From assembly GCA_024650005.2 (NCBI GenBank), contig CP122380.1:1120001-1184000 (forward strand): 64,000 nucleotides of DNA, written 5' to 3'. The translations under genes and the position numbers were made by a program. Below are positions 10,391 through 20,860 of this stretch, in pieces. Source of the DNA: Candidatus Bathyarchaeum tardum (lineage in GTDB: Archaea; Thermoproteota; Bathyarchaeia; Bathyarchaeales; Bathyarchaeaceae). The notes beneath the pieces were generated by a model. It was not told where the DNA came from, did no database searches, and saw only the letters and a program-made list of their open reading frames with translations. How positions within the stretch are numbered: position 1 is the stretch's first letter; every line of letters starts with the position of its first letter.

Positions 10391-11293
10391 TTGAATATGG
10401 TCAGTTTTGTAAAAATTAATAATGATGCTATCGCCTCATATAAGTATGCTATCATTAAATCATTGGATTTAGTTAATTACTCATTTCCACATGAAACAAA
10501 AAACATTGTAATTAAGCCTAATATGTGCTATTATTGGGATTACACTACAGGAGAAACGACGGACCCTCAATTTGTGGGTGCTTTGATTGAAGTTCTCCGA
10601 GAAAATATATCTCCTAACGTAAACATTTCTATAGTTGAATCGGATGCTTCAGCAATGAAGTGCAAACATGCTTTCAAAATACTTGGATATGAAAAAATGT
10701 CTCACGAGTATGATGTCAAACTTGTGAATCTCTCTGAGGATCCAACAGAAACAGTTGAAACTTGTGCTGGCGGATATAACTTTAAATTTCAAATTCCACA
10801 AACAATTCAAAACGCAGACTTGAAAATTAATGTACCAAAGATCAAGTATAGTGTTCCACAGCTCCAGATAACCTGTGCTCTGAAGAACATTTTTGGATGT
10901 AACCCATTTCCAAAAAAGTTCAAGTATCACCCACAAATCTGGGAAGTAATTGTTGCTCTCAATAAGCTATACAATTTTAACCTTTGCCTAATCGATGGAA
11001 ATATTGTTTCGGGAATCAAACCCCGCAAAATAAGTTTAGTAATGGCCAGCCGAGACCCCGTGGCAATTGATGCTGCTGCTTCTAAAATAATGGGTATTAA
11101 CCCAACAAAAGTAAAGTATGTCCAACTTGCGGCAAAAGAAGGATTAGGATCAATAGATTTTATCAATAAAGGCGTCCCCCTAGAAAATTTCAAGGCAATA
11201 TATCCTCGGAAAGGAATAAAAAACAAGTTAACGCGACAAGCCTATGAACTAGTTGTTACAATGGGTTTGAATAAAAAATTAGGATTACCCTAA
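10391..11293 (+). CDS. DUF362 domain protein
   Basis: IKPN, TTDP, INVPKIK, ITCALKNIFG and SRDPVAID motifs. Confidence 0.82.
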   Translation: MNMVSFVKINNDAIASYKYAIIKSLDLVNYSFPHETKNIVIKPNMCYYWDYTTGETTDPQFVGALIEVLRENISPNVNISIVESDASAMKCKHAFKILGYEKMSHEYDVKLVNLSEDPTETVETCAGGYNFKFQIPQTIQNADLKINVPKIKYSVPQLQITCALKNIFGCNPFPKKFKYHPQIWEVIVALNKLYNFNLCLIDGNIVSGIKPRKISLVMASRDPVAIDAAASKIMGINPTKVKYVQLAAKEGLGSIDFINKGVPLENFKAIYPRKGIKNKLTRQAYELVVTMGLNKKLGLP

Positions 11294-11313
11294 TTTTCAC
11301 GGGGTGTTGAAAA

Positions 11314-12300
11314 ATGCAAAAAATTGGCTTGGGAATAATTGGTCTTGGATATATTGGTAAACTCCATATGAAACATGCACTCAAAATCCCTAATGCAAAG
11401 CTTGTAGCTGTATCTGATTTGTCAAAAAGAGCTTTGAAAGATGCAAAAAATATTGGGGTTAAAAAAGTTCTCAGTGACTATGAAAAACTTTTGAAGCAAC
11501 CCGATGTGGACGCCGTAGCAATTGCATTGCCTACACATCTTCATTTGGATTGTGCAATAAAAGCTGCTGAAGCGGGTAAACATATATTTCTAGAAAAACC
11601 AATGGCCATAAACCTTAAGGATGCAAAAGAAATAGTAAATGCAGCTCGTAAGAATACAGTAGAACTGATGATGGGCTATCCATTACGGTTTAACAAAGTC
11701 TTTAATGAACTCAAAATAAAAAAGGACAACGGGCTCTTAGGTGACATTGAAGTTGCACATGCAACGTTCATAAGTTCAGGTCCATTTTTCCACAGAACAG
11801 AAAGTCATACACCTGTCCCGGTTCCGAACTGGTGGTTTAACCGAGAACTCACAGGGGGCGGAGTATTAATTGACCTTGGTAGTCATATCATAAACTTGCT
11901 CCGGTGGTATTTTGGCGAAATCAACAGCATAAAAAGTCAATTAGGTTATCGGTTTAACCTTGACCTTGAAGATAGTGCAGTATGTGTTGCAAAATTTGAC
12001 TCTGGGACAACTGGAGTTATTACAACGGGCTGGTTCCTCCAAGGCTATGAGCTTAACCTTGATTTTTTTGGCACCGTAGATCATGGAGTCGCAAATTACA
12101 AACCTGGAAATCGTTTGGTGGCAGCCACTCAGCTGTTAACAACTGGAATATCAGATTTTCATCGACCGCACTATGATGAACTTAACTACTTTGTGCATTG
12201 TTTGATGAATGGGTATTCTCCTTTACCTTCAGGGGAAGATGGAGTTAAAGATATGGAAGCAATCTGTAAAGCATATCAAAATAGTATTAATTTAGATTAA
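11314..12300 (+). CDS. Gfo/Idh/MocA family oxidoreductase
   Basis: GIIGLGYIG, P.HLH, GKHIFLEKPMA, GGGVLIDLGSH. Confidence 0.9.
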   Translation: MQKIGLGIIGLGYIGKLHMKHALKIPNAKLVAVSDLSKRALKDAKNIGVKKVLSDYEKLLKQPDVDAVAIALPTHLHLDCAIKAAEAGKHIFLEKPMAINLKDAKEIVNAARKNTVELMMGYPLRFNKVFNELKIKKDNGLLGDIEVAHATFISSGPFFHRTESHTPVPVPNWWFNRELTGGGVLIDLGSHIINLLRWYFGEINSIKSQLGYRFNLDLEDSAVCVAKFDSGTTGVITTGWFLQGYELNLDFFGTVDHGVANYKPGNRLVAATQLLTTGISDFHRPHYDELNYFVHCLMNGYSPLPSGEDGVKDMEAICKAYQNSINLD

Positions 12301-12347
12301 AATTGATAACTTTTCTGTTCAATCAAAATGACCATTAGTGATGTATA

Positions 12348-14477
12348 ATGACTACTCTAAATGTTTCTAAATTTACCTCCAAAATTTTACTACTTTCTAT
12401 TCTAATGTTATTTGTAGTTTTTTGTGTTACAATAATTTTTGATTTCGCTATATTGAGAGAAGTGTTTGGTTTTCTGTATCTTACTTTCATTCCGGGGTTT
12501 ATTTTTCTCAATTTATTGAATGTGAACAAGTTCAAAAGATCAGAAATATTATTCTTATCAATTGGTCTTAGCGTCGCTTTTCTAATGATTTGTGGACTTT
12601 TGATAAATGAAATACTTCCGATATTTAAATTTTCACAACCACTTTCTTTATTCCCTTTACTGATTTTCTTGAACATTCCCGTTTTAATTGGATGTGTTTT
12701 ACTATACATAAAAAACAAAAATTTACAAATCTGGGAAAATGATTCCTTTAAATTTTCTGCAGCAAGTTTAATTTTCCTTTTTCTTCCAATAATAAGCATA
12801 ATTGGGACCAAATTTGTAAATGTTAATGGTAACAATTTGTTTCTACTTTTTTTGATAATTTTAATCGCAATCTTAGTAGTTCTGAGTGTTTTTTCTCAAA
12901 AATTATTGCCTTCGGATTTATACCCTTTTGCATTGTTAATGATTGGAATTTCCCTTCTTTTTCATTCCTCATTAATTTCTAGTTACATAGTTCCGTTCGG
13001 TTCCGATATTCCTGGTGAATTTCTGCTCTTTCAAAACACTTTAAACGATTTTCAGTGGAACCAACTTTTTTCTCCCTCAATGGGTTACACCTTGCTTAAC
13101 ACTTATAACAATATGTTAAGTATTACAATCCTTCCAACAGTTTATTCAACATTATTAAATATTGATAGTTTTTTGATGTTCAAAGTTTTATATCCTTTGA
13201 TTTTTTCTTTGATACCTTTAGTTTTATATCAGGTCTGGCAATATTTCATCGATAAAAAATATGCTTTTATTGCTGCATTTTTCTTTATGGCCCAAAATAC
13301 TTTTTATACCGAAATGTTAGGTCTTTCTCGGCAAATTATTGCTGAATTATTTTTTGTTTTGTTATTATTCATTATTCTCCATAAAAACATAAAACCAATT
13401 ACAAAAATGATTTGTTTTGTAGTCTTTAGTTTTGGTTTGGTAACAGCTCATTATTCACTTGCTCTAATATTCCTATTTTTTATATCTGCAACTTTAGTGT
13501 TTTATATTATTACAAAACGTCCAACTATGAAAATTTCAATCACTATGGTTTTGATATTTTTTGTAATTATGTTTACGTGGTATATTTACACTTCTGGCTC
13601 CGCCAGTTTTATCACACTTATGGAAAAAGGTGAATTTGTTGTAAGTATGTTAGGTGATTTTTTCAACCCTGCATCTCGAGGAGACACTGTACTTACTGGT
13701 TTGGGTCTTGCTGAATCACCTTCTATCTTTAATACTATTAGTCGTATTATTGCATATGTTCTGCAAGGTTTCATTATTGTTGGATTCCTTGGTTTAGTTA
13801 CCAATTTGAAGAAAATTAGAACTGAATTTTTTGTCTTTGGTATAATTGCAACGCTGTTTCTAGGTATGCTTATAATAATACCTGGATTGGCAAATACCTT
13901 AAATATGACCAGATTTTATCATATTCTCTTGTTCTTTTTAGCACCTTTATGTATCCTTGGTGCACGCTTGATTGTTAAGTTGATTACTAAACGTCAAAAA
14001 GAATTTGCTGTTTGTGCTTTGTTGCTATTCGTGTTAGTTCCATACTTCTTTTTTCAAACAAATTTTGTCTATGAAATAACTGGGAATGATAGTTGGTCAA
14101 TACCTCTCAGTGGTTATAGGATGGACCCACTTAGATTGTATGGGCATTCTGGATATACCGATGAGTATAGTGTGCATGGAGTTAGATGGTTATCAAAAAA
14201 TGTTAATTTTACGACTTCAGTCGTGTATGCGGATGACCGAACAGGTACTAATGTTTTAACGATTCATGGCTTAATTGCAACAGGTAAAGTTGCATTATCT
14301 AATGTTACTGTGGTTGCTGATAATGGGTTCGTCTATCTGAGTAGTTTAAATGTTATATACGGTTTAATACCATATAGAGATGTTTCATGGAATACTACTG
14401 AACTTTCTCCAGTTTTTGAAGGTTTAAACCTAGTGTATTCAAATGGTGGCAGTAAAATTTACGTAAATACTCCATAA
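12348..14477 (+). CDS. DUF2206 polytopic membrane protein (possible GT-C-fold polymerase/transferase)
   Basis: Many TM helices with GSDIPGE, MLSITILP, RQIIAELF, HYS and LNMTRFYH motifs. The function is inferred from context. Confidence 0.75.
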   Translation: MTTLNVSKFTSKILLLSILMLFVVFCVTIIFDFAILREVFGFLYLTFIPGFIFLNLLNVNKFKRSEILFLSIGLSVAFLMICGLLINEILPIFKFSQPLSLFPLLIFLNIPVLIGCVLLYIKNKNLQIWENDSFKFSAASLIFLFLPIISIIGTKFVNVNGNNLFLLFLIILIAILVVLSVFSQKLLPSDLYPFALLMIGISLLFHSSLISSYIVPFGSDIPGEFLLFQNTLNDFQWNQLFSPSMGYTLLNTYNNMLSITILPTVYSTLLNIDSFLMFKVLYPLIFSLIPLVLYQVWQYFIDKKYAFIAAFFFMAQNTFYTEMLGLSRQIIAELFFVLLLFIILHKNIKPITKMICFVVFSFGLVTAHYSLALIFLFFISATLVFYIITKRPTMKISITMVLIFFVIMFTWYIYTSGSASFITLMEKGEFVVSMLGDFFNPASRGDTVLTGLGLAESPSIFNTISRIIAYVLQGFIIVGFLGLVTNLKKIRTEFFVFGIIATLFLGMLIIIPGLANTLNMTRFYHILLFFLAPLCILGARLIVKLITKRQKEFAVCALLLFVLVPYFFFQTNFVYEITGNDSWSIPLSGYRMDPLRLYGHSGYTDEYSVHGVRWLSKNVNFTTSVVYADDRTGTNVLTIHGLIATGKVALSNVTVVADNGFVYLSSLNVIYGLIPYRDVSWNTTELSPVFEGLNLVYSNGGSKIYVNTP

Positions 14478-14542
14478 GTGTGATAATTTTTCTAAAAATT
14501 ATTTCCTCATTTTATTATGTCTTACTTTAAAAACCTTGTATT

Positions 14543-15442
14543 TTGGTGGGATTATTAATTCTGCAAAAAAACTATAGTATCACTATTGGTATTCCTACAA
14601 AAAACAGAACTGATAAGCTGGTTAATTGTTTAAGGGCTATAGAAAATCAAAACTTTAGAGATTTCAACGTAATTATTGTTGATGGTAGTGAAGGGAACGA
14701 AACTGAGAAAAGTAGCTTATTTTTTTCAAATTCTATTGATATTTTGTATATCAAACAGATAAAATCGGGGGTTTCGAACGCAAGAGGACTTATAGCTGAA
14801 CATTGTAATAGTGAACTACTTTTGTATATTGACGATGACGTTTATTTAAATAATGATTCCCTTTCAAAACTATATGATTATTCAAGATCATTGAAAAACA
14901 GTCACATTTTTTTAGTATCTGGTGAAATTCTATATTATAGAAAAATAACAAAACCAATTAAATTAACACCTCAGGGCGCTGGATTTTCAACTACTGCTTC
15001 TAATGCAGATTATATACTTGGAGCCCTCATGCTTATTCCAAAATCAGTATACAAAAAAATACACTGGACTGAAAGATTTGCTGGTTGGGGCTTTGAAGAG
15101 GTTCTATATTGTTTAATGTGCAAAAGATATGGCGTTAAAATCTGTTGGATTAATTCTTTATTGGCGGTACATGATGATAAGAAAGATACAATTTTTTCGG
15201 TGAATACTGAAATCAACAGAGTTTATACTATGCTTTATAAGCATATTTTTGAAGAACCTTCATTACTTAACATGGTAATTCTTGAATCTGCTGGATTTTT
15301 GAGGAATCTAATTATTAATTCAATGAGCAATTTATTATCTCCAAAAAAGCTAACATCATTCATTTTTTCTTATGTTCGTGCATGGACTATTGGTCATGTT
15401 ATGTTTTTTGAAGATTTAAATAGATTGAAATATTTTTTTTAA
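14543..15442 (+). CDS. GT2 glycosyltransferase
   Basis: ITIGIPTKNR, IVDGS, GVSNAR, YIDDD, GWGFEE. The true start may be CTG 14561 after GGTGGGA. Confidence 0.85.
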   Translation: MVGLLILQKNYSITIGIPTKNRTDKLVNCLRAIENQNFRDFNVIIVDGSEGNETEKSSLFFSNSIDILYIKQIKSGVSNARGLIAEHCNSELLLYIDDDVYLNNDSLSKLYDYSRSLKNSHIFLVSGEILYYRKITKPIKLTPQGAGFSTTASNADYILGALMLIPKSVYKKIHWTERFAGWGFEEVLYCLMCKRYGVKICWINSLLAVHDDKKDTIFSVNTEINRVYTMLYKHIFEEPSLLNMVILESAGFLRNLIINSMSNLLSPKKLTSFIFSYVRAWTIGHVMFFEDLNRLKYFF

Positions 15443-15540
15443 AAAAATTGTCTAATTTATGGATGTTACGTTCTTTTTTAATCTTTCATTGTTATATGCT
15501 ATTTTTGATTTGTTCTTAAACCTGTAGATGGTGATTAGTT

Positions 15541-16446
15541 TTGTCTAAATCTCGTAAATTGAAAATACCCTTTGTTTCTGTTGTCGTTTGTACCTATAAT
15601 CGAAAAAATTTGTTGAAATCTTGTCTAAAATCAATTTATGCACAAGATTATCCTACTTCAAATTTTGAGGTCGTTGTTGTCGATGGGGGTTCAACTGACG
15701 GAACAATTGAACTTTGTAAAGAGTTTCATCAATTACGTTTTGTTATTGAAAGTAAATTTGGATTAGCATATGCTAGAAATAAGGGTACAGAACTGGCTAG
15801 AGGGTCAATAATTGCTTATACTGATGATGATTGTGTAGTCGATAAAGGATGGCTAAAAAATCTTGTCTCTGGATTTAAGTTTTCTGAAAAAGTTATGGGT
15901 GTTGGTGGACCTGTTTATCCAGTTAGCCCGGAATTTATACCTAAGAAAATTTATGTAAAGGCTGCTTTGGGGCTCTTTGAGGAGGGAAAAAAACCAAAAT
16001 GTGTAAGTGGTTTAATTACCTCCAATTCCGCCTTTAAAAAAGAACTATTTTCAATTATTAACTTTAATGAAACACTTAGAATAACTAGACGTGGGAACCT
16101 TATTTTATCAGGAGAAGATACTGTTTTTTCACGTAACATTGTTGATATTGGCTATAAACTCAGATATAATCCTGATGCAAAGGTTTATCATCATGTCAGC
16201 AATGAAAGAGTAAGAGTTTATTATATTTTGAAACATGCTCTTCATAGTGGAATAAGCAAGACTAAGATTTATCTTAATATAAAACACTCTAGGCTTTGGG
16301 CAATCAGGTATGCCGTTGGTCAATTAATGCAAAGCTTTCTTATTTTGCCCTCTGATAGATCATTCACTTCCTGTTACAATATATTACTTTATATTTCAAC
16401 ATTTTGTATCTGTTTTACAGGATTTGACAAATTATTATTCAAATAA
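15541..16446 (+). CDS. GT2 glycosyltransferase
   Basis: VSVVVCTYNR, VDGGSTD, GLAYARN, YTDDD, SGED. Confidence 0.9.
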   Translation: MSKSRKLKIPFVSVVVCTYNRKNLLKSCLKSIYAQDYPTSNFEVVVVDGGSTDGTIELCKEFHQLRFVIESKFGLAYARNKGTELARGSIIAYTDDDCVVDKGWLKNLVSGFKFSEKVMGVGGPVYPVSPEFIPKKIYVKAALGLFEEGKKPKCVSGLITSNSAFKKELFSIINFNETLRITRRGNLILSGEDTVFSRNIVDIGYKLRYNPDAKVYHHVSNERVRVYYILKHALHSGISKTKIYLNIKHSRLWAIRYAVGQLMQSFLILPSDRSFTSCYNILLYISTFCICFTGFDKLLFK

Positions 16447-16496
16447 TTGGTTTAGTTTTTATTTTTTTTTTAAAAAAAATACGGAAGGAAAACTCC

Positions 16497-17531
16497 ATGG
16501 ACTCCTTAGAAGAAACCCTCATTAAGTATCGAGATAGAAGATTTATTGTGATTGAACCGGGTGGCAACCACGGTGACACCTTGATATATAAGGGTATGAT
16601 GAAGAAACTTCTGCAGCTTCAGATAAAACATATGGTGTTGAAATATGATGAACGTTTCAAATCACGTCTTTTTAATATTCTATATTTTGTTTTTTGGAAA
16701 AATTTTTTAAAAATTTTAATTTATTCAACTACCAAATTAAGCGAAACTTGTAGTTTAAAAATTAACGGACTAGATTTGTGGTTGTATGAAAATCTTTTAG
16801 TACCTTTTAAAATTCAAGCCGCACCTACTGACGTGATCCTTATACATGGTGGTGGAAACATCAATGATTTGTGGCAAGGTGTTCGACTTCTGAAATCTGT
16901 TCTTAAGTATAATCCCTGTAACATCATAATTGTTGCACCCCAAACATATTGGTTTAATAAAACCTGTTTTTCATCTCTTTTTTCAAAAACAAAAGAAGAT
17001 ATTTTTTTATTCTGCAGGGAAAAATTTAGCTATAAACTATTATCTTCGTTAAAACTTACAAAAAATGTTCATGTGTTTTTATCAAATGACACTGCTTTTT
17101 ATCTTACAAAAGAAGATTTCAATATATTTCAAGAGGATAATTACTCTTTAATCTGTTTAAGAACTGATAAAGAATCTAGAGGAATTCCAGAGATCGAAAC
17201 TTCGAAAAGATTATTAAAAGAAACAAGTCTGGCACAAGTGTCAAAAAATAAACTTTTAATAAAAGACTTATCGGTGATTGGTAACTTCAACGATTTCATT
17301 CGGTTAATTGGAACTTCAAAACAAGTATATACTGACCGTCTTCATGTTGCGATATTAGCAACTATTCTTGGTAAAGAGACTTTTTTATATCCAAATTCTT
17401 ATTACAAAAACAAGGGTGTTTATGAATACAGTTTATCTCGCTATCCTAATGTAACTTTTTTCCCCTTATTGCCTTCTTTTGATGAATTAAAAAACCATGT
17501 TGAGTTAACGAACCGGTTGGAGAATGATTAG
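16497..17531 (+). CDS. Polysaccharide pyruvyltransferase (EpsI/EpsO-like)
   Basis: GNHGDTLI, IHGGGN, PQT, RE..SY, D.AF, RTDKES, TDRLHVAI, NSYYKN. Confidence 0.85.
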   Translation: MDSLEETLIKYRDRRFIVIEPGGNHGDTLIYKGMMKKLLQLQIKHMVLKYDERFKSRLFNILYFVFWKNFLKILIYSTTKLSETCSLKINGLDLWLYENLLVPFKIQAAPTDVILIHGGGNINDLWQGVRLLKSVLKYNPCNIIIVAPQTYWFNKTCFSSLFSKTKEDIFLFCREKFSYKLLSSLKLTKNVHVFLSNDTAFYLTKEDFNIFQEDNYSLICLRTDKESRGIPEIETSKRLLKETSLAQVSKNKLLIKDLSVIGNFNDFIRLIGTSKQVYTDRLHVAILATILGKETFLYPNSYYKNKGVYEYSLSRYPNVTFFPLLPSFDELKNHVELTNRLEND

Positions 17532-18845
17532 ATGTATACGACGACCTATGTTCGAATTGAAGAAACATATGTCTTGAATAATAAAACAATAATTTCTCGA
17601 TTATCTTTTTCTAATAATATAAAAAAATACTTCAATTCTTCACTATTTTTTGCAAAGTATGATGTTGACATTCAGGATGTAGACTTAAGTATTTTAAACA
17701 TTCCAGTTGTTGCAAACATAATACCAATTGCTTGGGCAATCGGTGCTGATATTTTTGTTAAAGAACTTGATCAGGTATTTCTACAATCTTTGGATTATAT
17801 AAAATCAATAATGAAAAAATGGTACCCAAATTTTTCTTTTTCAATCCGCATGTTTGTAACAAAGAAAATTGTGAATAACCTATCTCATGAACGTAATGCA
17901 ATGCTGTTCAGTGGCGGACTTGATTCTACATGTTCCTATGTTGAGTGTAAAAACAAAAAACCGATTTTAATAGTGATTTGGGGTGCAGACATTCCACTTG
18001 GGCAAAAGAAGTTTTGGGAAAAGGTTAAAAAGAAAAATATGCAGTTTGCAGAAGCAGAGAATGCTGAAATTAAATTCGTAAAATCTAACATTCGTGGACT
18101 ATTAAATGAGACAAATATAACACGAAAATTTGGGAAGTTTTGTATGGATCAATCATGGTGGGGAGCCGTTCAGCATGGTTTTTCATCTTTGGGTTTATGT
18201 GCTCCTTTAACAGTTACTGAACATATTGGTAACATTTTTATTGCTTCGTCTTGGAATCCAGTTTTATTGAAAAGTGGAAAACCTTGGGGTTCACATCCAG
18301 TTACGGATAACAAAATGTCTTGGGCTAATACGAAGGTAATTCATCATGGTGATACTTTAAGTCGTCAAGAAAAGATTAGGTATGTACTAAAAGAACACAT
18401 AAAAGTTCAACAACATTACCCTACAATAAGGGTTTGTTATTCTCAGTTTGAAGAATTAAACTGTGGAAAATGTGAAAAGTGTTTAAGGACAATCACAGGA
18501 TTACTTTTGGAGAATATTGACCCAAACAAATGTGGATTTAATGTGACCGATGATTTTTGTGCCTTTCTTAAAAAATCATTGTTGAAAACGGGGTCAAATC
18601 CACTTTTGTGTGACACATATGGGATGTGGAAGGATATTCAACACCATATTCCAGAGCGTATTTCTTCTAATTTACATGGTTCTAAAGATTTTTTTGAGTG
18701 GTTTAGATGTATTGAGCTTTCAGAGCGATTTGATAAGAGGAACCCCCATTATTTGTTTTCACTTATGTTAAACAAGTTACCTGTTCGCCTAAGAATCATG
18801 ATCTTTAAACTTCGTAATTTTAAAACATTGGTAAAACAAAAATAA
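17532..18845 (+). CDS. Adenine-nucleotide alpha-hydrolase (QueC-like) protein, probable glycan-modifying enzyme
   Basis: FSGGLDS PP-loop, PWGSHP, RVC...NCGKCEKCLRT Cys cluster. Confidence 0.65.
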   Translation: MYTTTYVRIEETYVLNNKTIISRLSFSNNIKKYFNSSLFFAKYDVDIQDVDLSILNIPVVANIIPIAWAIGADIFVKELDQVFLQSLDYIKSIMKKWYPNFSFSIRMFVTKKIVNNLSHERNAMLFSGGLDSTCSYVECKNKKPILIVIWGADIPLGQKKFWEKVKKKNMQFAEAENAEIKFVKSNIRGLLNETNITRKFGKFCMDQSWWGAVQHGFSSLGLCAPLTVTEHIGNIFIASSWNPVLLKSGKPWGSHPVTDNKMSWANTKVIHHGDTLSRQEKIRYVLKEHIKVQQHYPTIRVCYSQFEELNCGKCEKCLRTITGLLLENIDPNKCGFNVTDDFCAFLKKSLLKTGSNPLLCDTYGMWKDIQHHIPERISSNLHGSKDFFEWFRCIELSERFDKRNPHYLFSLMLNKLPVRLRIMIFKLRNFKTLVKQK

Positions 18846-18870
18846 AATTTTGTTTGAATTTATGCATACT

Positions 18871-20688
18871 TTATTCCTGTTGGTTTAGTGAAATATGCTT
18901 TAGCCAAAGTAAAAATCCTATCATGATTTTTAAACGTGCAGAATTAATAATTTCGTCTTCAAACTCAACTTTAATATCTGCTTTTGGAAGTAACTTTTGT
19001 AATTCATTTTTGTTAAAAAGGTTCATGGCAATGGATTGATTTACATCTGCATTTTGCCTTATTGTTTGCCATCCTGGATTATTAAAATCATATATTCGAT
19101 AATAATATCTTCTTTCTCCTTTCATTTTCATTAGTTTGTGTTGTGTTTTAGAAAATTGACCCTGAGTCATGAAATTTGCTTTTCCATAAACATATTGTTT
19201 TACTCTTTGAAGATAGGTTGGCATTAGTGGAGTTGTATTATAGAAGTTGCGGTCAAGGGGAAGGCGTGCCAATTTTGGAAATTTCTGATTTAATAATTCA
19301 ATTTCCATTTTTCTGTCAGCTAATATATTAAAAGGCATTCCACCAATGACCTCTAACACTTGGTTATCAATAAAAGGAACAATTGGCCATGCTCCAAAAG
19401 AAATCGTCCATAATGAACTTCCTACATGAAACCGTGCTCTATGGTTAAGCCAGAAACCATTTACTTTTTGGAATTCTAACTTTGAATATTTATCATAAAC
19501 CTTTCTTATGTTTTCAAATACATTATGAATTGAATCTTCAAAAAATTCTGGTTTGAGTATTTTAGTTAAACTATTTTTAGAAAATCCCCATTTATTCATT
19601 TTATTAAAAATTTTTTCAAATGAATTGTATTCTTGTAAACACGTTTTTCCTAATATTATGTCCGCGGCGTAACCTACAACAACATTTGGGGCTAACTCTC
19701 TCAAGTATGGATAAAGCCCCCATCTTGTCACCCCACTAAAACCGTTAGCTAAGTGTTCCCATTTATTTTTGATTCTGGCACAAAATAAGTATTTTTCAGG
19801 GTTAATACTTACTTTGTAATGTTCAAAACCTAATTTTCTTGCTACTTTTACTGCACATTTCATTTCGATATCTGTAGACAAGCCTTCAGTCAAGGCTGTT
19901 ACATTTATGCCTCGTTGTTTAAGATAACCCCCTATTAATCTTGAATCAAGACCTCCTGAAAGTAAAAGACTATATTTTGAATCTGTGGCTGTGTGACGAG
20001 TAAACGCTCTTTCGAGTGCTTGATCTACTAATTCCAGTTGTTCCGAAAATGGTAAATTGAAATACTTTGTTGATGCGGGAATATTATATTGATTCAACTC
20101 TCTAGGCTCTTCACCTGATTTCCACATCAGAATGTGTCCAGCCTTTAACCGTTTAACCCCCTTCAACAAAGTTTGACCATTAATTAAGCCATTAGTAAGA
20201 AATATCCCAACTAGTCCTGTTGGATTTAACTCTTTTTTAAAACTTTTATGATGCCTAAATAATTCGGGACTTGATCCAACCAATAAAACATCGTCAGTTG
20301 AATAATAATATATAGGAAAGAAACCTAGCAAATCTGCTCCTATGACAAGACCTTTCTTTGAGTTATACACAAAAGCAGCGTGAAATCCATCAAATGCAAC
20401 TGGAAAAATATTAGAACTTTCATTCCAATATTTTCGTAATTGTTTTGCAGTTATTTTTTCATATCCTTGTTGATTAATTGCATCTCCCCAAATCGTGGCA
20501 ACTCCTTGAGTATCATTAAGCTGACTTACTGGTGTCCAAGAACCAGAAGCCCAAATAGAACTTAATTCTGAGTTTGAAGCTTCAAAAACAGATAAGCCGT
20601 CAACCGGTGATATTAGTGATTTTATTTTCGTTATGAATTTTGTTCGTTGTTTAATATTTGTATCAATAACTATTACAAAATTTACCAA
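18871..20688 (-). CDS. Asparagine-synthetase-like (AsnB-fold) amidotransferase lacking the N-terminal Cys
   Basis: DLLGFFPIYY, LLLSGGLDSRLI, PFIDNQV. Probable TTG 20688 after GGAGA. Confidence 0.8.
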   Translation of the reverse strand: MVNFVIVIDTNIKQRTKFITKIKSLISPVDGLSVFEASNSELSSIWASGSWTPVSQLNDTQGVATIWGDAINQQGYEKITAKQLRKYWNESSNIFPVAFDGFHAAFVYNSKKGLVIGADLLGFFPIYYYSTDDVLLVGSSPELFRHHKSFKKELNPTGLVGIFLTNGLINGQTLLKGVKRLKAGHILMWKSGEEPRELNQYNIPASTKYFNLPFSEQLELVDQALERAFTRHTATDSKYSLLLSGGLDSRLIGGYLKQRGINVTALTEGLSTDIEMKCAVKVARKLGFEHYKVSINPEKYLFCARIKNKWEHLANGFSGVTRWGLYPYLRELAPNVVVGYAADIILGKTCLQEYNSFEKIFNKMNKWGFSKNSLTKILKPEFFEDSIHNVFENIRKVYDKYSKLEFQKVNGFWLNHRARFHVGSSLWTISFGAWPIVPFIDNQVLEVIGGMPFNILADRKMEIELLNQKFPKLARLPLDRNFYNTTPLMPTYLQRVKQYVYGKANFMTQGQFSKTQHKLMKMKGERRYYYRIYDFNNPGWQTIRQNADVNQSIAMNLFNKNELQKLLPKADIKVEFEDEIINSARLKIMIGFLLWLKHISLNQQE

Positions 20689-20860
20689 GTGAAGTTTCTC
20701 CAAAAAAGAATTACGAATAAGTGATATTAATTTTTTTAAAAAGGAATGGAGATTAAATTCTAATCTGTTACGTCAATTAATGTTTTAATTATCCGATAAT
20801 TGTATAATTTATTTAAATTAAGTTATCAAAAATTAATTTATTTTTTATACGCTAAAAAAG

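Noticed and set aside
18871-20688. AsnB-like protein as a lasso-peptide cyclase
   Set aside because: No precursor peptide, B1/RRE or B2 protease is nearby, and the context is a glycan locus.
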